A program made the position numbers and the translations under genes. 64,000 nucleotides of DNA from positions 1,736,001 through 1,800,000 of the forward strand of contig OX337232.1 in the NCBI GenBank assembly GCA_946965045.2, written 5' to 3'. Below the pieces are notes generated by a model, which worked only from the letters and a program-made list of their open reading frames with translations, searched no databases and had not been told where the DNA came from. The first letter of the stretch is position 1. Each line of letters begins with the position of its first letter. The DNA is from Epithemia pelagica. Lineage: Eukaryota; Protista; Bacillariophyta. Positions 49,559 to 61,190 of this stretch are shown piece after piece.

Positions 49559-51925
49559 TCAATGGCTAGGAGAACTCCACAAGGGGACCAGCATCCCATC
49601 GACAGCCATTGCCACTGGATGCAATGCCTGTTCAGTCATGTCGTTACCCCAGGACTTTTTATTGTTGTATCGCTGAGAGAAGTGCGTCAAGAGTGTTCGA
49701 TTGGCATTCACCTGATTTGCTACAGAGAGAGCCTCCTGGATAGTAGAATGTTTCTTTTGAATACTCATCTCCCGTTGACCTTCATCAAAGGTCGCTTCAT
49801 GAATCAAAAAGTCGACAGCGCCATATTGTTGACAGACTCGAACGAATCGAGGGCAGGGTCTTGTGTCACCACTAAAAGCTAAGATATATGGTATGCTTCC
49901 ACGACCGGAACGGAGACCCATTACAAAGCCATATGAATTACAACATGAATGATCCACCAAAATATTTTCCCAGAAGTCTACCGGTCCTTGTGTAAACCTC
50001 TTATTCCAATCGCTCCACACGGCAGCGATACAATCTCGGGGCTCTTCATGGGCTACACCTCGAAAAAAGGTATGGTGATTGTCTGGCCAAAACACAAAAA
50101 TAAACTCCAGAACTCGTCTTGGTGCAAACACAATCGGAACCGGTTGATTGGTCAGCCGACGTTTCTTGGAAGAAGATGATGCAACAGGAAGGGTCAATTT
50201 CTCCGCGGCATCATTCGACGACGCAATCGCCAACAACAAAGGTACCAAACCTCCATAGTGATCCCAATGCGCATGGGAGATCCAAATAACGGAAATGACA
50301 CCAATGTCTTGTGTATGTTGGGGAGCATGGCGATACCACTGTGTCACAAAGCCCTCTCCCGCTTCAAAGGCAATCGCCCATGGTACCGGGGACTCAGCTG
50401 AAGGAGCTCCCATCAAAACGTGACCAGAAGCTCCACGATAAGGAGAAGGGGCTGCAGATCCTGTACCCAACACCAACAACCGAGCGACCGATGCGGTGCC
50501 ATCATCCTCAGATTTGTTTCCCATATCAGTGCCAGTACAAGTGACGATTTCGTCATTTTCGCCTTCCTCGGAGTCATCCAGTTCAATTTCATTGTCGTCT
50601 GTAGAAGCGATCCAGGAAGGCTTTGCTAGAAACCGCTCGAGAGCACCCGTGACCCCTGGGGCGATATGATCATGGTCCGACGTCACGGTGGGTAAAGAGC
50701 GAGGACGTTGGAGTGACGGATGAGACCAAGACCAGACCAGCTCCTCTTTCTTGGAACCGATATCTTGTCCCCATACCAATCTGCTAGCTGTAGTTAGTCG
50801 TTTCGTCAATTCATTTGTCCCGCCCTGCTTATCTACTGAAGAATCTTCTGACCGAATGGGAAAGAATAAAGGAAGTCGTCGGTTCCACAACAGTGACTGG
50901 TGCCACCCACGAACGAGAAGCTGGGAGTCCGTGCCGAGGTTTGGTTGTAACCAATAGATTTTGGTTATCACAGATGCGAAATTGTGTTGCTGTGGTCCTT
51001 CGACAATCACAAACGAACATTTCAAAGCTACCGTGCGATTTGAGTTCTCAATCGCTAACAGGGGCAAGTTTTCAATCAGTTCCCGGGTAATTACAGAAGC
51101 CAAAGGAGAAACAAGGAACGAGAATGTTGGATGTGTAGTCTGATCTATGTCGGTGTTGTTGGGAGTCAGAGTATACAAGAAAACTGTCTCTCGATTGCAA
51201 GGTCTTTGCGTGTGATCTGGTAATGTATGAGCATGGACACTCAAGAATTCATCCTGGTATACCTGCCACCAAATGGCATCTACCTTCTCATTTATCTTGC
51301 CGTCGACTTTGCCATCGTCCTTTGTGCCACCAGACGACGAGGCTGGTACTTCACACAAGAGAATTTTTGGATGATGAGCAAAATTTCGAGAGACCAGCAC
51401 TTGCATCAAGTCATTGGCAGTATTTTTATTCTTCATATGAGGTGTGACAACGGACAAGGAAGGAGCACCAGCCTCACGCAATGCGAACAAAAGCGAGGCA
51501 ATTCCCACCATGCGACGAGCATCTGTGCTCGGGAAAAACGCCGCCTTGACATTCTTGAGTTTGTATCGTTGATCGGCTGCTAGCCGGCTGGTACAATCTC
51601 CAACTCCACCCAAAGCATATCGTGCCATGACTTCACCCAGTTCCGCTTCGTCTTGGAAGCAAATGAAATCCTCTCTCCTCTTGGGAGACTCGAATCGATT
51701 TCGATAGACAGACAAGAACAACGTCGCATTCCCAGTATTCTCTGATCCGTCGGTCAAAACGTCCACTGAATAATGAAAACGCCATCGTCGGCATCGGGGC
51801 ATTGGGGAATACGGATAAGACTTCGAACCTTGAGGAGGAAGAAGAAGGGATGGTTGTAGATTTCTGCAACAACACATCACCCATCCAAATCCAAGATCCA
51901 ATCTGTCGACATGCGACTGACCCAA
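49559..51925 (-). CDS. ELAC2: tRNase Z, long form (ELAC2/Trz1)
   Basis: LLVLGTGSAAPSPYR, ISHAHWDHYGG (HxHxDH), FSGDTRPC, LIHEATF, HSTIQEA and LTHFSQRY, plus a degenerate N-terminal half. Start uncertain. Confidence 0.92.
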   Translation of the reverse strand: MGQSHVDRLDLGFGWVMCCCRNLQPSLLLPPQGSKSYPYSPMPRCRRWRFHYSVDVLTDGSENTGNATLFLSVYRNRFESPKRREDFICFQDEAELGEVMARYALGGVGDCTSRLAADQRYKLKNVKAAFFPSTDARRMVGIASLLFALREAGAPSLSVVTPHMKNKNTANDLMQVLVSRNFAHHPKILLCEVPASSSGGTKDDGKVDGKINEKVDAIWWQVYQDEFLSVHAHTLPDHTQRPCNRETVFLYTLTPNNTDIDQTTHPTFSFLVSPLASVITRELIENLPLLAIENSNRTVALKCSFVIVEGPQQHNFASVITKIYWLQPNLGTDSQLLVRGWHQSLLWNRRLPLFFPIRSEDSSVDKQGGTNELTKRLTTASRLVWGQDIGSKKEELVWSWSHPSLQRPRSLPTVTSDHDHIAPGVTGALERFLAKPSWIASTDDNEIELDDSEEGENDEIVTCTGTDMGNKSEDDGTASVARLLVLGTGSAAPSPYRGASGHVLMGAPSAESPVPWAIAFEAGEGFVTQWYRHAPQHTQDIGVISVIWISHAHWDHYGGLVPLLLAIASSNDAAEKLTLPVASSSSKKRRLTNQPVPIVFAPRRVLEFIFVFWPDNHHTFFRGVAHEEPRDCIAAVWSDWNKRFTQGPVDFWENILVDHSCCNSYGFVMGLRSGRGSIPYILAFSGDTRPCPRFVRVCQQYGAVDFLIHEATFDEGQREMSIQKKHSTIQEALSVANQVNANRTLLTHFSQRYNNKKSWGNDMTEQALHPVAMAVDGMLVPLWSSPSH

Positions 51926-52138
51926 AAGATTTTTCTGGGAGCGAAAGATAAACCTCCGCGGTCTAACACGAAATTTGGAATGGACAAGATTATAGAGACC
52001 ATCACCCTCTACCCGCTGGAGATAAGATCTTTGTTAACCAATCAAGCAGGCAACACTTTTTCGACACACGTCGAAGGCACATCGAGAACATAATACCCAA
52101 ACATAGACAGCGTTCGACGACGACAGAGCTTGTAATCC

Positions 52139-52913
52139 ATGTCGGAGGCTAGTGAAGTCCAAGAGAAAGAACCACAGATCCGAGATTCTGCAAGCATCCG
52201 AAAAAATTCCAAAGAAGAAGACCGATCATCTTTGTCGGAATCATGCGTGCGACCTACCGATAGTTCGAAGCACGCGAATGTATCGTCATCGTCTTTTCGA
52301 AAGACGGAGAAGGAAAGAGAGTGGGTGGCAACTCCACTTCCAATGGACATTATTTGTGGAAGGGGTGCAAAAATGACTCATCCGGGAAATCGTCGCTTTC
52401 GAGATATTGTCTTGGCGCATCAAAGCGATTACCAAAAGGCCAAACGCAGAGAAGACAAGACTCGGATTACAGCTGATATCGTCAATTTACTCTTGGTTGG
52501 GGCCAAGCCAGCACGGTACGTCCGCTTCCCATTGTCATGCTCTTTGACTGACAAATTGAGCCATTGTTCCGTGATTTCTTGACACATCAGTCCCATCGTC
52601 ACCGTCGCTTGTCTGTAGATTTTTGTTGAAAGATAGTGAAACAGACCAGTGGTACAATGTGGGGACTGAATACGCAAAGGAAAAAGTGAGCCATGCCTTG
52701 CGGAGCCGACCCACTTCGGAGCGTAAAAAGCGGAGTGCCTCCAGTCATGGCAACCATGACAGTATCAACAAGAAAAGTCGAAAGAAAATGAAATGTCCCC
52801 CGGAACTGGAAGCCACAGTCAATCGCCTGATATCGGAACAACAACAGTTGTTGGAAGATATGATTCGAAGGGAAGTTCTGCCAACCATTGCTTCCAGTGC
52901 TGGAGGAAGATAA
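52139..52913 (+). CDS. DUF6824-type protein; intron 52516-52618
   Basis: DIICGRG…HPGNRRFRDIV…Y…R|FL…W…KEKVSHALR; the GT-AG intron restores the frame. Confidence 0.85.
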
Positions 52914-53512
52914 AAAGTATGACTGACAGTTCTGGTGAACGAGCTGTCAAAGGGTATGATTTGATCGTCAAAGAGGACGATAAAACGAAGTAGTCCTGAT
53001 AGTCTTTGACCGACCAAGTATTCTGGTTGCACAACTGAATCATCAGAAAGATAAATCGAAGCAGCACTAAGAGTTAATTGTCATCCAGGTTTGCATAAAT
53101 CGATATATGGGTTGATCTGGTCGCTGCATGCATGGCTGATTAGTGGACCTATCGATATGGTTTATGTTAGTGAACTGACCTGTCCGAGGAACGAAGTGTA
53201 TCAATTCTAAACAGATCACAATTGTTCATTTAATTTACATTCGTCCAAGTTGTCGCCTCATGTTGGACCACTAGTTCCATTACAAGTGGGAGAGTGCTGG
53301 ATTGTCTTTGTCAGAAACGCGACTGTGTATATCCCACTGGTTTTTTGGTATGCTCGAAAGATGTCCACGAATCCAAGAGAGTTTGACTATGCGTCGAGAA
53401 CAAACTTTTCTCGTTCTCCAGGCAAAACCCTTTCATAACATTAAAACAAGGAATGGCTAATTGCCTGAAATGGGGACAAATCCCCTCTGCACCAAATATT
53501 CCAGATCAACGG

Positions 53513-54544
53513 TTATTCCCTTCTGCCTTCTGGTACGGCCCATGGAGCCTGCATTTCTTTGTGACCACCGCCTGTATCTGATATATGGAGTTTTTCTGCT
53601 TCAATGTAAGCAGTCCTACCCATTTTCTTGGCAACTAATGCGCCACTTGGCTGATGCGTGATTGAAAGTATTCCACGTTTGATTTCCATTCGAATTCTGG
53701 GACGATCCTGACATACCAAGGGGAAGATGAGTTCCTTCGTATATGGCGGTGCCCACCACGGTGACGCTACAGCGCCTGAAGATTCCGAAATCTGTGTTCC
53801 GGGCCTTGCGGGTGCACAAAGATAGTTCAAACTACCAACAACTGAAGATATATCATCGACAAAGAAATTGAGCCAAACAGCAACCCCGACAACAGCAAGG
53901 CTGAGGAAAGCAACAAGAGATTTGGCGGCAAATGTCACCTTCCTCCTCTTCGATTCCAGCCGTGTTACTTTACTGCGAAGGCGTTCCGATTCCTCATGCT
54001 GTTCTATCAACAAACTTTTCATTTCCGCATATGTCGTGTCTTTGTCGTCCTCCAAACGTTTCTTTTCCTGTTGAAGGACAGAGTTTTTGCCCTCATATTG
54101 TCGGAAAAGTTCCATTATGGTTTCCTCCATTTCACCCTTTTGGCTTTCTAGAGTTTTGATTTTCCCTTCTAATGCCTGTGATTCCTTTTCCAGCAATTCC
54201 TTCAAGAGGTCATCGTCAACAACGGCACCATTCTGGACTCCGGGTAAATCTCTTAAGGCTTCTAACAGTTCTGATCCTCTTCGGTCGCTTACGCGCTGGC
54301 GCTTCAAATGACTTAGTCTTCTGTATTCCTCGAGCTTTCCACGGAGGCTTGACAACACTTCTTCCGTCTCTCCTTTCTCCTGCTCTATTTGTTTCAGTTT
54401 CTCATGGAAGTTACGAGAATCGAGGCTTTTGTCAATGACCACATTATCCGAAGAGAATGAAACACTGGTCTTTCGACGATTGTTGGGACTTGTCCCAACG
54501 GACTTTCGATGAGACTCCAAGTTGCTCACGTCCTTCATGACCAT
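53513..54544 (-). CDS. Coiled-coil + single TM + conserved C-terminal domain protein (paralog P1)
   Basis: Heptad-rich N-half, TM (LVAFLSLAVVGVAVWLNFF), then LCAPARPG…SPWWAP…C…PW. Confidence 0.85.
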   Translation of the reverse strand: MVMKDVSNLESHRKSVGTSPNNRRKTSVSFSSDNVVIDKSLDSRNFHEKLKQIEQEKGETEEVLSSLRGKLEEYRRLSHLKRQRVSDRRGSELLEALRDLPGVQNGAVVDDDLLKELLEKESQALEGKIKTLESQKGEMEETIMELFRQYEGKNSVLQQEKKRLEDDKDTTYAEMKSLLIEQHEESERLRSKVTRLESKRRKVTFAAKSLVAFLSLAVVGVAVWLNFFVDDISSVVGSLNYLCAPARPGTQISESSGAVASPWWAPPYTKELIFPLVCQDRPRIRMEIKRGILSITHQPSGALVAKKMGRTAYIEAEKLHISDTGGGHKEMQAPWAVPEGRRE

Positions 54545-55184
54545 TGTCAATTGTCGGTGGGAATTCAAATCGGACCTCTACTGATACTGGTTAATCGATT
54601 CCTCCGATCCTTGACGAGGTGAATGGGGGAATTCAGGTTAACCTCGCCCTCTCAACGAGGTTCAAGAAAAATTCAACAGGATTATCAAAATGCCACTTGT
54701 GACTTGGGTGAGATGTCCGAAGTCCGAAGTCAGCACAAGCAGTCTCGGGACTCGGGACTCCTCAGTTCCCGAATTTTACATCATAGCTGTCTAAAGATTT
54801 AAAACTTAGACGCGCTAGGGAGTGTGTCAAACACTTCAAACAAAAGAATGAGGAACAGTGGTGACGTTGCTCGTTTTCCACTTAGCAAATCATGATGTGA
54901 CAAGGGTGAACTGGCATTCAATGTTGTACATTTTGAACTAGAGTGTGATTTAGAGGCATACGTCGTCCTACTAAAAGATTCATACAACGATTGTCGCAGG
55001 ACAAAAGCCAAGATCCCAAAGACGCGTAAAAAAATCGCTCTTGGCGTGAAATCGCCAGTTGGAGAAGAATATTGGCAACCTGCCAATTTCCATCACAACA
55101 TTATTTGGAATCTCGGCCGAGGTGAATTGTGGATTGGAGCCTTGTTCTTCCTCGATCCTCGAAGTCTCACAATCTTGCGGTTCA

Positions 55185-56633
55185 ATGATGTCCGAAAGTG
55201 AGATTAGTGAAAAAATGAAGAGAACTAATATGGACGTGATGGAGCGTAGGTTTAAAAGCCTGGAAACGCTCCAGAACAACGAAACAGAACATGGTGCCGA
55301 GTCTGCTTCCGTTGAGGTATCCAATGTGCTTGAGCATCCACCAGCTCTTCAAAAAAGCATGGAACTGCGGCAGCAATACAGCCATTCTTTCACAAACAAG
55401 CTCCGAGAACGCACTCGTTTGAGTCAAACGGATTCTTCTGCAGTTCGTCATCGTGTAAGCCAAACGGATTCAACTACAGTTCGTCATCATCGTCTACCTT
55501 CGTTGGCCGAGCATTCTTCCTCTGATGGGAACGAGTGTGAGCAAGGGGAGAAGACAGATGTCAACAGAGCTCTGCTCGGTCTTCGTGGTATTCTTGAGGA
55601 ACAGAAACGACGTCACGCGATAAAGCGAAAGCGCCTGGTAGAAATCCGTGAAGCTAACGCTGTTGCTGAAAAAGGGCTTGTTGTTCCCGAAGCTGTTCGC
55701 CGAAGTGTGTGCTCCAGATCTGATGATGTTAGCACAATTACAGATCCAACTTTCTTTGAGTGCAGAGATGCTCCAGACTACCTCTCAGTTGGGTGGAAAG
55801 ATGAGACTGTGCTAGAAAACGACGACGAAACGGTTGACTTAGAAGGTGTCAAGGGGCCCAAGATCGATGCCTCTTTGTTCAAGGAAGACGGTGCCAGCAC
55901 AACTGCCACTTCTGACTTGTCCGATTCCAGCACGCGTGGGCTCTCCGAAGAGCAGTCTCGCCAGTCTCAAGCTTTGGAGGCTATGAAGGCTCGTGTTGAG
56001 GCTCTCGAGGAGGAAAAGATAGAACGTGACGAGTCTATTGCTTCCTTTCTAGCGAACTACGCGGACAAATCTGTTCAACTCCGTCGAATGGAAGCAGATA
56101 CTGATCACAAGCGAGCTGAATGCTCTGAAATCCAGTCTTTGGTCGGGGAGAAACGTCAAGAATCTGACACCTTGCGCGGTCGATTGACATCATTGGAAAA
56201 TCGCACAACCGCTGCAAAGATCTGGCGTCGTCTTATCTCGCTGAGTGTCCTTGTTCTTTGTGCATGTATTGCTATTGATCATATCGTTCTTCCTGCGGAT
56301 TTTTCGAAAAAGACACACACTGCATGGAATGGAATATGCGCACCAGTCAAGCCTGGAACCAAAGTTTCCGAAGGGATGGGCCCGTTGGAAGCACCTTGGT
56401 GGGCTCCAAGTGGGTATCTCAAGGTTCCTATGTATCACTTGTCTGGTTGCAGCAGCCGTCCAAGGACTCGCCTTGAGGTTATTCGCGGTATGCTTTATGT
56501 CACGTCGAACAACGGTTTCGAGAGCCTTATCAAAAAGCCAAGCAAGAGTGTTCATGCGGAAGCTGGTACAATCCATATTCTAGATCGATACGGAGCACAC
56601 GTCCAAGTAGATGCTCCCTGGGCGCTGCACTAG
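55185..56633 (+). CDS. Coiled-coil + single TM + conserved C-terminal domain protein (paralog P2)
   Basis: Coiled coils, TM (LISLSVLVLCACIAI), then ICAPVKPG…APWWAP…C…PW. Contains a 36-nt tandem duplication at 55422-55493. Confidence 0.85.
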   Translation: MMSESEISEKMKRTNMDVMERRFKSLETLQNNETEHGAESASVEVSNVLEHPPALQKSMELRQQYSHSFTNKLRERTRLSQTDSSAVRHRVSQTDSTTVRHHRLPSLAEHSSSDGNECEQGEKTDVNRALLGLRGILEEQKRRHAIKRKRLVEIREANAVAEKGLVVPEAVRRSVCSRSDDVSTITDPTFFECRDAPDYLSVGWKDETVLENDDETVDLEGVKGPKIDASLFKEDGASTTATSDLSDSSTRGLSEEQSRQSQALEAMKARVEALEEEKIERDESIASFLANYADKSVQLRRMEADTDHKRAECSEIQSLVGEKRQESDTLRGRLTSLENRTTAAKIWRRLISLSVLVLCACIAIDHIVLPADFSKKTHTAWNGICAPVKPGTKVSEGMGPLEAPWWAPSGYLKVPMYHLSGCSSRPRTRLEVIRGMLYVTSNNGFESLIKKPSKSVHAEAGTIHILDRYGAHVQVDAPWALH

Positions 56634-57728
56634 GTTTGTCTCCATTGATCGGGATGATTGCTTAACGGGACGCCACATTCAGACAATATGGAGAGTGAGA
56701 ACACGTCTTGATAAACATGAACTCTGCATGACGAAGGTACATGTCGTCTACCTTTATAGAGCACATACGATTGGCACATAAGAAACAGATAAAATCGCTG
56801 GAGAACTGATATTCTGAAGTTTAGGTTCGGCGCTTGATTCTTGCCGCAATAGATCGACCAGGGATTGGTCGACCATCCGTTGTCCCGAAGGAAATGGACA
56901 GAGTGCAAAGAGGCTAGAGGAGTACTGTACTTCTTTCTTCTATGTAGCTAACTGGTGGAACGCAAAAGGTGCGCTCTCAAGCTCTGGATTACACAATACC
57001 ACATACACATTGTACATGATGTGTCATTCGAAACTTGAAACGCATTCATTCTCTTGTCTCCGAGCCGCATCCCATTCTTTTTGGAGTAGAAGGTAGGAGT
57101 ATCTAAAGGGAATAGTCTATTCTTCCAGCTGCAGCGCCTACCCGCTAGGGTACGGTCGACCGACTGCCCTGGCGCCATTACTCTCGGAATCATGGAGCGG
57201 GGGGACAGCCCGCTTGTGACAAGGGGCCACATAGACGAACCGCTTTTCGGGCCCCACATCTAGCCCTCCCAACCACCTAATCATAGCGGACTCGAACCAT
57301 GGACACCAACCATACGGTGGACATGGACATGGGTATGCCTTCATCTTTGCGCGGGGGTGCCCACTGCCCCACCCCCCAAACTTTGAAGCGGGACACGAAC
57401 AAACGTACCGCCCAAGCGCAAGCGGTATTGATATTGATAGAGTTAAAAAACATATTTGCTGATAGTCTCGTAAACGCTGCAAGGAGTAGAGAGAGAATTT
57501 TTGTATGTAGATCCATCCCCCAGCGGGGGCGGCTACTTGTACGAGTGTCTAATTTCTTCTAGCCAAACCCTGAAAACCACCCCGCCAGAAAGTAAAGAGG
57601 AGTTCTTTTTCTTCATGGTCAGTCCGCACGCGTCTGTTGCGTGGACACGGAGAACGGAGACACACGGACTGCGTCTCGCTGCGAACTGCGCAACAAAAAA
57701 TGCAGATACGTGTACGCAGTGATTGACA

Positions 57729-60700
57729 ATGACATTCTTTCGTGGCAAATCCGCTGCTTCCCATGAGCGAGATCCTAAAGGTTACGGATCCAGGTCACAG
57801 AAGGCATTGAAGGCAACAGAAGCTACTCGAGCTTCTAGAAGAAGTAGAAACTCAGACGCAATGTCGGTGAATGAAAGGTTTCATGACGAGCATTCACCCA
57901 TCACAACGGATGAAGCAGATGAAATCGTAGACGATTCCAAGATTGCGGGTGTCGGACCTCTCATGGAGTACTCGGATACATCTGAGGAACAAGATCCTAT
58001 ACGACGGCGTCATAAACCGTCTTCGTCAAAAAATGGCTTGCGGAAGCAATTGTCTACCGAAAGCATGCGTGTAGTTCGCTTCAACAGTTCATTCTCGGAC
58101 GATGAGGAGGATGTACTTCGATCTGCCGATCGCATCCAGCCGCCAAACATGCACGAATCCATACCACCTCCTCCTCCACCTGATATTCGAACTTCCTCGA
58201 ACATCAATCATCGCCACCATTCTAACAGTTCATCATCACAGCCTATAGATAACAGTCAATCGCATTCTTTGGTACAGCAAAATCAACCCAAACGCAAGAC
58301 CCATCGGAAGCAGCATATTCATCCGAGCAAAAGTCCTGACTGGATGACGCAGCTTGCCTATTCGTTTCGCTCTCCCTCCCCTTTGACCACAAACAGGAAG
58401 CAACTTCAAGCCTCGTCTTCAAACCTCTCCTCTTCAAATAATATCGAATATCCACCTGGTATCACAAAAGATATGTTTCCCTCTGCTTTCACAGACTCCA
58501 TGCCTCCAAATGGTGTTAAATTGGATGCTGATACTCTCGACACGATAAGAACGTCAAATGCCTCTGTTGTGAGTGAGAATCAGCCAGAACGACCTAGTAA
58601 AAAGGATTCCGATTTAAGTTTCCAAGCAAGTGAAGCCAGCCCACTTTTGGGAGATTCTTTCTTGCCCTCCTTCGCCTCAGTGCGATCCACTGATACACCC
58701 AGTCGTCGTCGCCTGAACGCGACTCAAAATTACGTGGCGTTGGCCGCCTCGTTCTTGAGAGACTATGAGGGTGGACGGGCCCCAACGCTTAGCACTGATT
58801 TGGATGACGTGACCGATCGACAACTTCGTTTGTATGAGTACAAGTTTGGAGGGTATTCTTTCCAAGCAAGTATTATCCTTGCTTCTATTGCTATTTTTGC
58901 GTCCAGCATGTTGGAAGGATTCGACGTTCCCCAAGAGTACAAGCTCTACTTAACCGCTTTGAATCTGATTGGTTCGAGTGTCTTCATGGTGGATATTTGG
59001 TTTCGCTCTCAGCTTCGAGGCAATCCAGATCAGACTCAGCATACACGGACCAGTCGATCAGAACGCCTGGTGAAACCAGTCATTCTCTTCGCCATAATAC
59101 TGGCGGTTGAAAACATTGCCCGTGTTATCGTCACGCCTGACAACGACATTGTTCTGTTTTCTAGCCTCTTCAAGCCGCTCGTCCTTTTCTACACAAGTTC
59201 GAAAGCTAGGGATGCTCTCGAGGCTCTCAGAAGAATAATTCGAATTGTTGTACGTGTATTGGCCATGGAACTCTTGCTTATTCTCATGTTTGCGGCTGTG
59301 GCATGTCGACTCTTTCGCGAGTTCAACAACTTTGTGGATTTAAGTACAGCTTGGCTCTCGCTTTTTGAACTATCGACCACAGTCGTGAACCCCTCTATCT
59401 GGATGCCAATCTACCAAAATTCCCCGTACGCAGCAATTTTCTTCATGTCCTTTATTGTGATATCCGTCTTCTACTTGCATTCTCTGGTGCTCTCCGTTGT
59501 CTTTTCGACTTACATCCAAGCTGCCTCTGAGATTCATGAACGAGCGTCAGGAGATCGAGAAGATTCGATTCAAATGGCGTTCGTTGCCTTACAGCGCAAG
59601 GAGAGACGAAACGTCGTTGATGTTGATCTTTTGCGCGAAACGCTAAGAATTCTTCGTCCCCACTACAACGCGATGAAGATCAATGCCCTAGTGGAGATCG
59701 TAGACCCAACAGATCAAAGGACTGTGGATTTCGGAACCTTCCGTACCAAAATACGACAAGCCCTCAACGCATCAATTCGAACGGCCAGAAGTGCTACAGT
59801 GCTCTCCACATTGGTGGAACTTGTCGCCGTTGTTGTTGCGGTGTTCAACTTTGCGTATGTTATCATGGTCTCATCGAGATTCCACGCATCATGGTTCATC
59901 AACGTCCAAGAGACAGTTGGTTCTGTGATTACAGTTATTGCTGGGTTTGAGTTGTTGATCAGATTCAACCCGCTACGAATCCCAGACTTCACCCCACTGA
60001 CTCGTCTCAATGCGACCTTTGACGGTCTTGCTTTGATTGCTTGTATCACGTCACTTGTGGGCATTGTTTTCTATGCGGCTGGGTACGATCATGCAATAGA
60101 GTACATATTGATTGGTCGTGCACTGGACATGGTTCGGATAATGCGATTCTTTCAGATATTCCGGGATGTTGTGAGACGGAGTTCGGATGTCTTGCCTGCT
60201 TTAGCTGGACCGGTCATCTTGGTCGTAACCACTCTTCACATTTTTGTATACCTGGGTATGGCACTTTGGGGTGGGGCAGTGGAAGTTGGACAACACTTTG
60301 GCGAAATTACGTATCTTTACGATCTGAATAATTTCAACAGCTACGCCGAGGGTTTGGTCACAATGTTTCAGGTACTTGTCGTCAACGATTGGCATGCAAT
60401 TGCTGAAGTATTTCTTTTTGCTGAGCGTTGCGCAAGCCCCTTTATTGTTTACCCAGTTTTCATTCTTGGCAATATGATTGGTGTCTCCATTATGTTAAAC
60501 GTGATGACAGCTTTCTTTGTTGAAACTTTTGTCACAAAACTCGATGACGGGGCGAACAATCAAGCCGAGGGCACGACAACGGTGCAGAAAGACCGTGATT
60601 TCAACATCTTAACAGAAGGAAAGAAGAGTGTACGGAGGGTGGCGACAAAACCAGACCGGTCTCAAACTGACGAGAACCACGTATCCATCGATGGAGGCGC

Positions 60701-61190
60701 CGACGCTGACTCAGAAGCAAGCTCTGAAGATTTGTATGAGTTTGATGTTTACGAGCGAGAAGGATTCGATAAAATCATGGAGACCGTTGCTGGAAACGCA
60801 GAGGCCCATGAATTTGCGCAACACATATGTAACTACCTCGAAATATTCGAGAAACTCACACCTGGTCGCGAGAAGGTTGGATACCTCATCTGTGACCAGA
60901 AAACCCTTGAGCGTTTTGGAAACCGTCGCTTCCAGAGCATCGCTGCCGGATTCCTGTCTGAACAGGAACTCAATGAAACTGTGAGTGATATGCATGCTCA
61001 GTTGCTTGTTCTCTCGGCCAAAACTACGTATTCCAATGACAGGGCTGTTACTCGGACCTTCCCGCACAGCATTGATTCTGTGAGGGCGATAGAAATATCT
61101 GCGTCTATTCTGCGACGCCATCCTGCTGTCTCGCTGTTCGTGATCAGATTAAAAGATTCTTCAAGACCAGCACTTGAATCAAGCACGTAA
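57729..61190 (+). CDS. TPC: Two-pore channel (TPC)-like cation channel
   Basis: Two 6-TM repeats with pore motifs LFELSTTVVNPSIWMPIY and MFQVLVVNDW, an S4-like GRALDMVRIMRFF, and an EF-hand-like linker. Long disordered N-terminus. Confidence 0.88.
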   Translation: MTFFRGKSAASHERDPKGYGSRSQKALKATEATRASRRSRNSDAMSVNERFHDEHSPITTDEADEIVDDSKIAGVGPLMEYSDTSEEQDPIRRRHKPSSSKNGLRKQLSTESMRVVRFNSSFSDDEEDVLRSADRIQPPNMHESIPPPPPPDIRTSSNINHRHHSNSSSSQPIDNSQSHSLVQQNQPKRKTHRKQHIHPSKSPDWMTQLAYSFRSPSPLTTNRKQLQASSSNLSSSNNIEYPPGITKDMFPSAFTDSMPPNGVKLDADTLDTIRTSNASVVSENQPERPSKKDSDLSFQASEASPLLGDSFLPSFASVRSTDTPSRRRLNATQNYVALAASFLRDYEGGRAPTLSTDLDDVTDRQLRLYEYKFGGYSFQASIILASIAIFASSMLEGFDVPQEYKLYLTALNLIGSSVFMVDIWFRSQLRGNPDQTQHTRTSRSERLVKPVILFAIILAVENIARVIVTPDNDIVLFSSLFKPLVLFYTSSKARDALEALRRIIRIVVRVLAMELLLILMFAAVACRLFREFNNFVDLSTAWLSLFELSTTVVNPSIWMPIYQNSPYAAIFFMSFIVISVFYLHSLVLSVVFSTYIQAASEIHERASGDREDSIQMAFVALQRKERRNVVDVDLLRETLRILRPHYNAMKINALVEIVDPTDQRTVDFGTFRTKIRQALNASIRTARSATVLSTLVELVAVVVAVFNFAYVIMVSSRFHASWFINVQETVGSVITVIAGFELLIRFNPLRIPDFTPLTRLNATFDGLALIACITSLVGIVFYAAGYDHAIEYILIGRALDMVRIMRFFQIFRDVVRRSSDVLPALAGPVILVVTTLHIFVYLGMALWGGAVEVGQHFGEITYLYDLNNFNSYAEGLVTMFQVLVVNDWHAIAEVFLFAERCASPFIVYPVFILGNMIGVSIMLNVMTAFFVETFVTKLDDGANNQAEGTTTVQKDRDFNILTEGKKSVRRVATKPDRSQTDENHVSIDGGADADSEASSEDLYEFDVYEREGFDKIMETVAGNAEAHEFAQHICNYLEIFEKLTPGREKVGYLICDQKTLERFGNRRFQSIAAGFLSEQELNETVSDMHAQLLVLSAKTTYSNDRAVTRTFPHSIDSVRAIEISASILRRHPAVSLFVIRLKDSSRPALESST

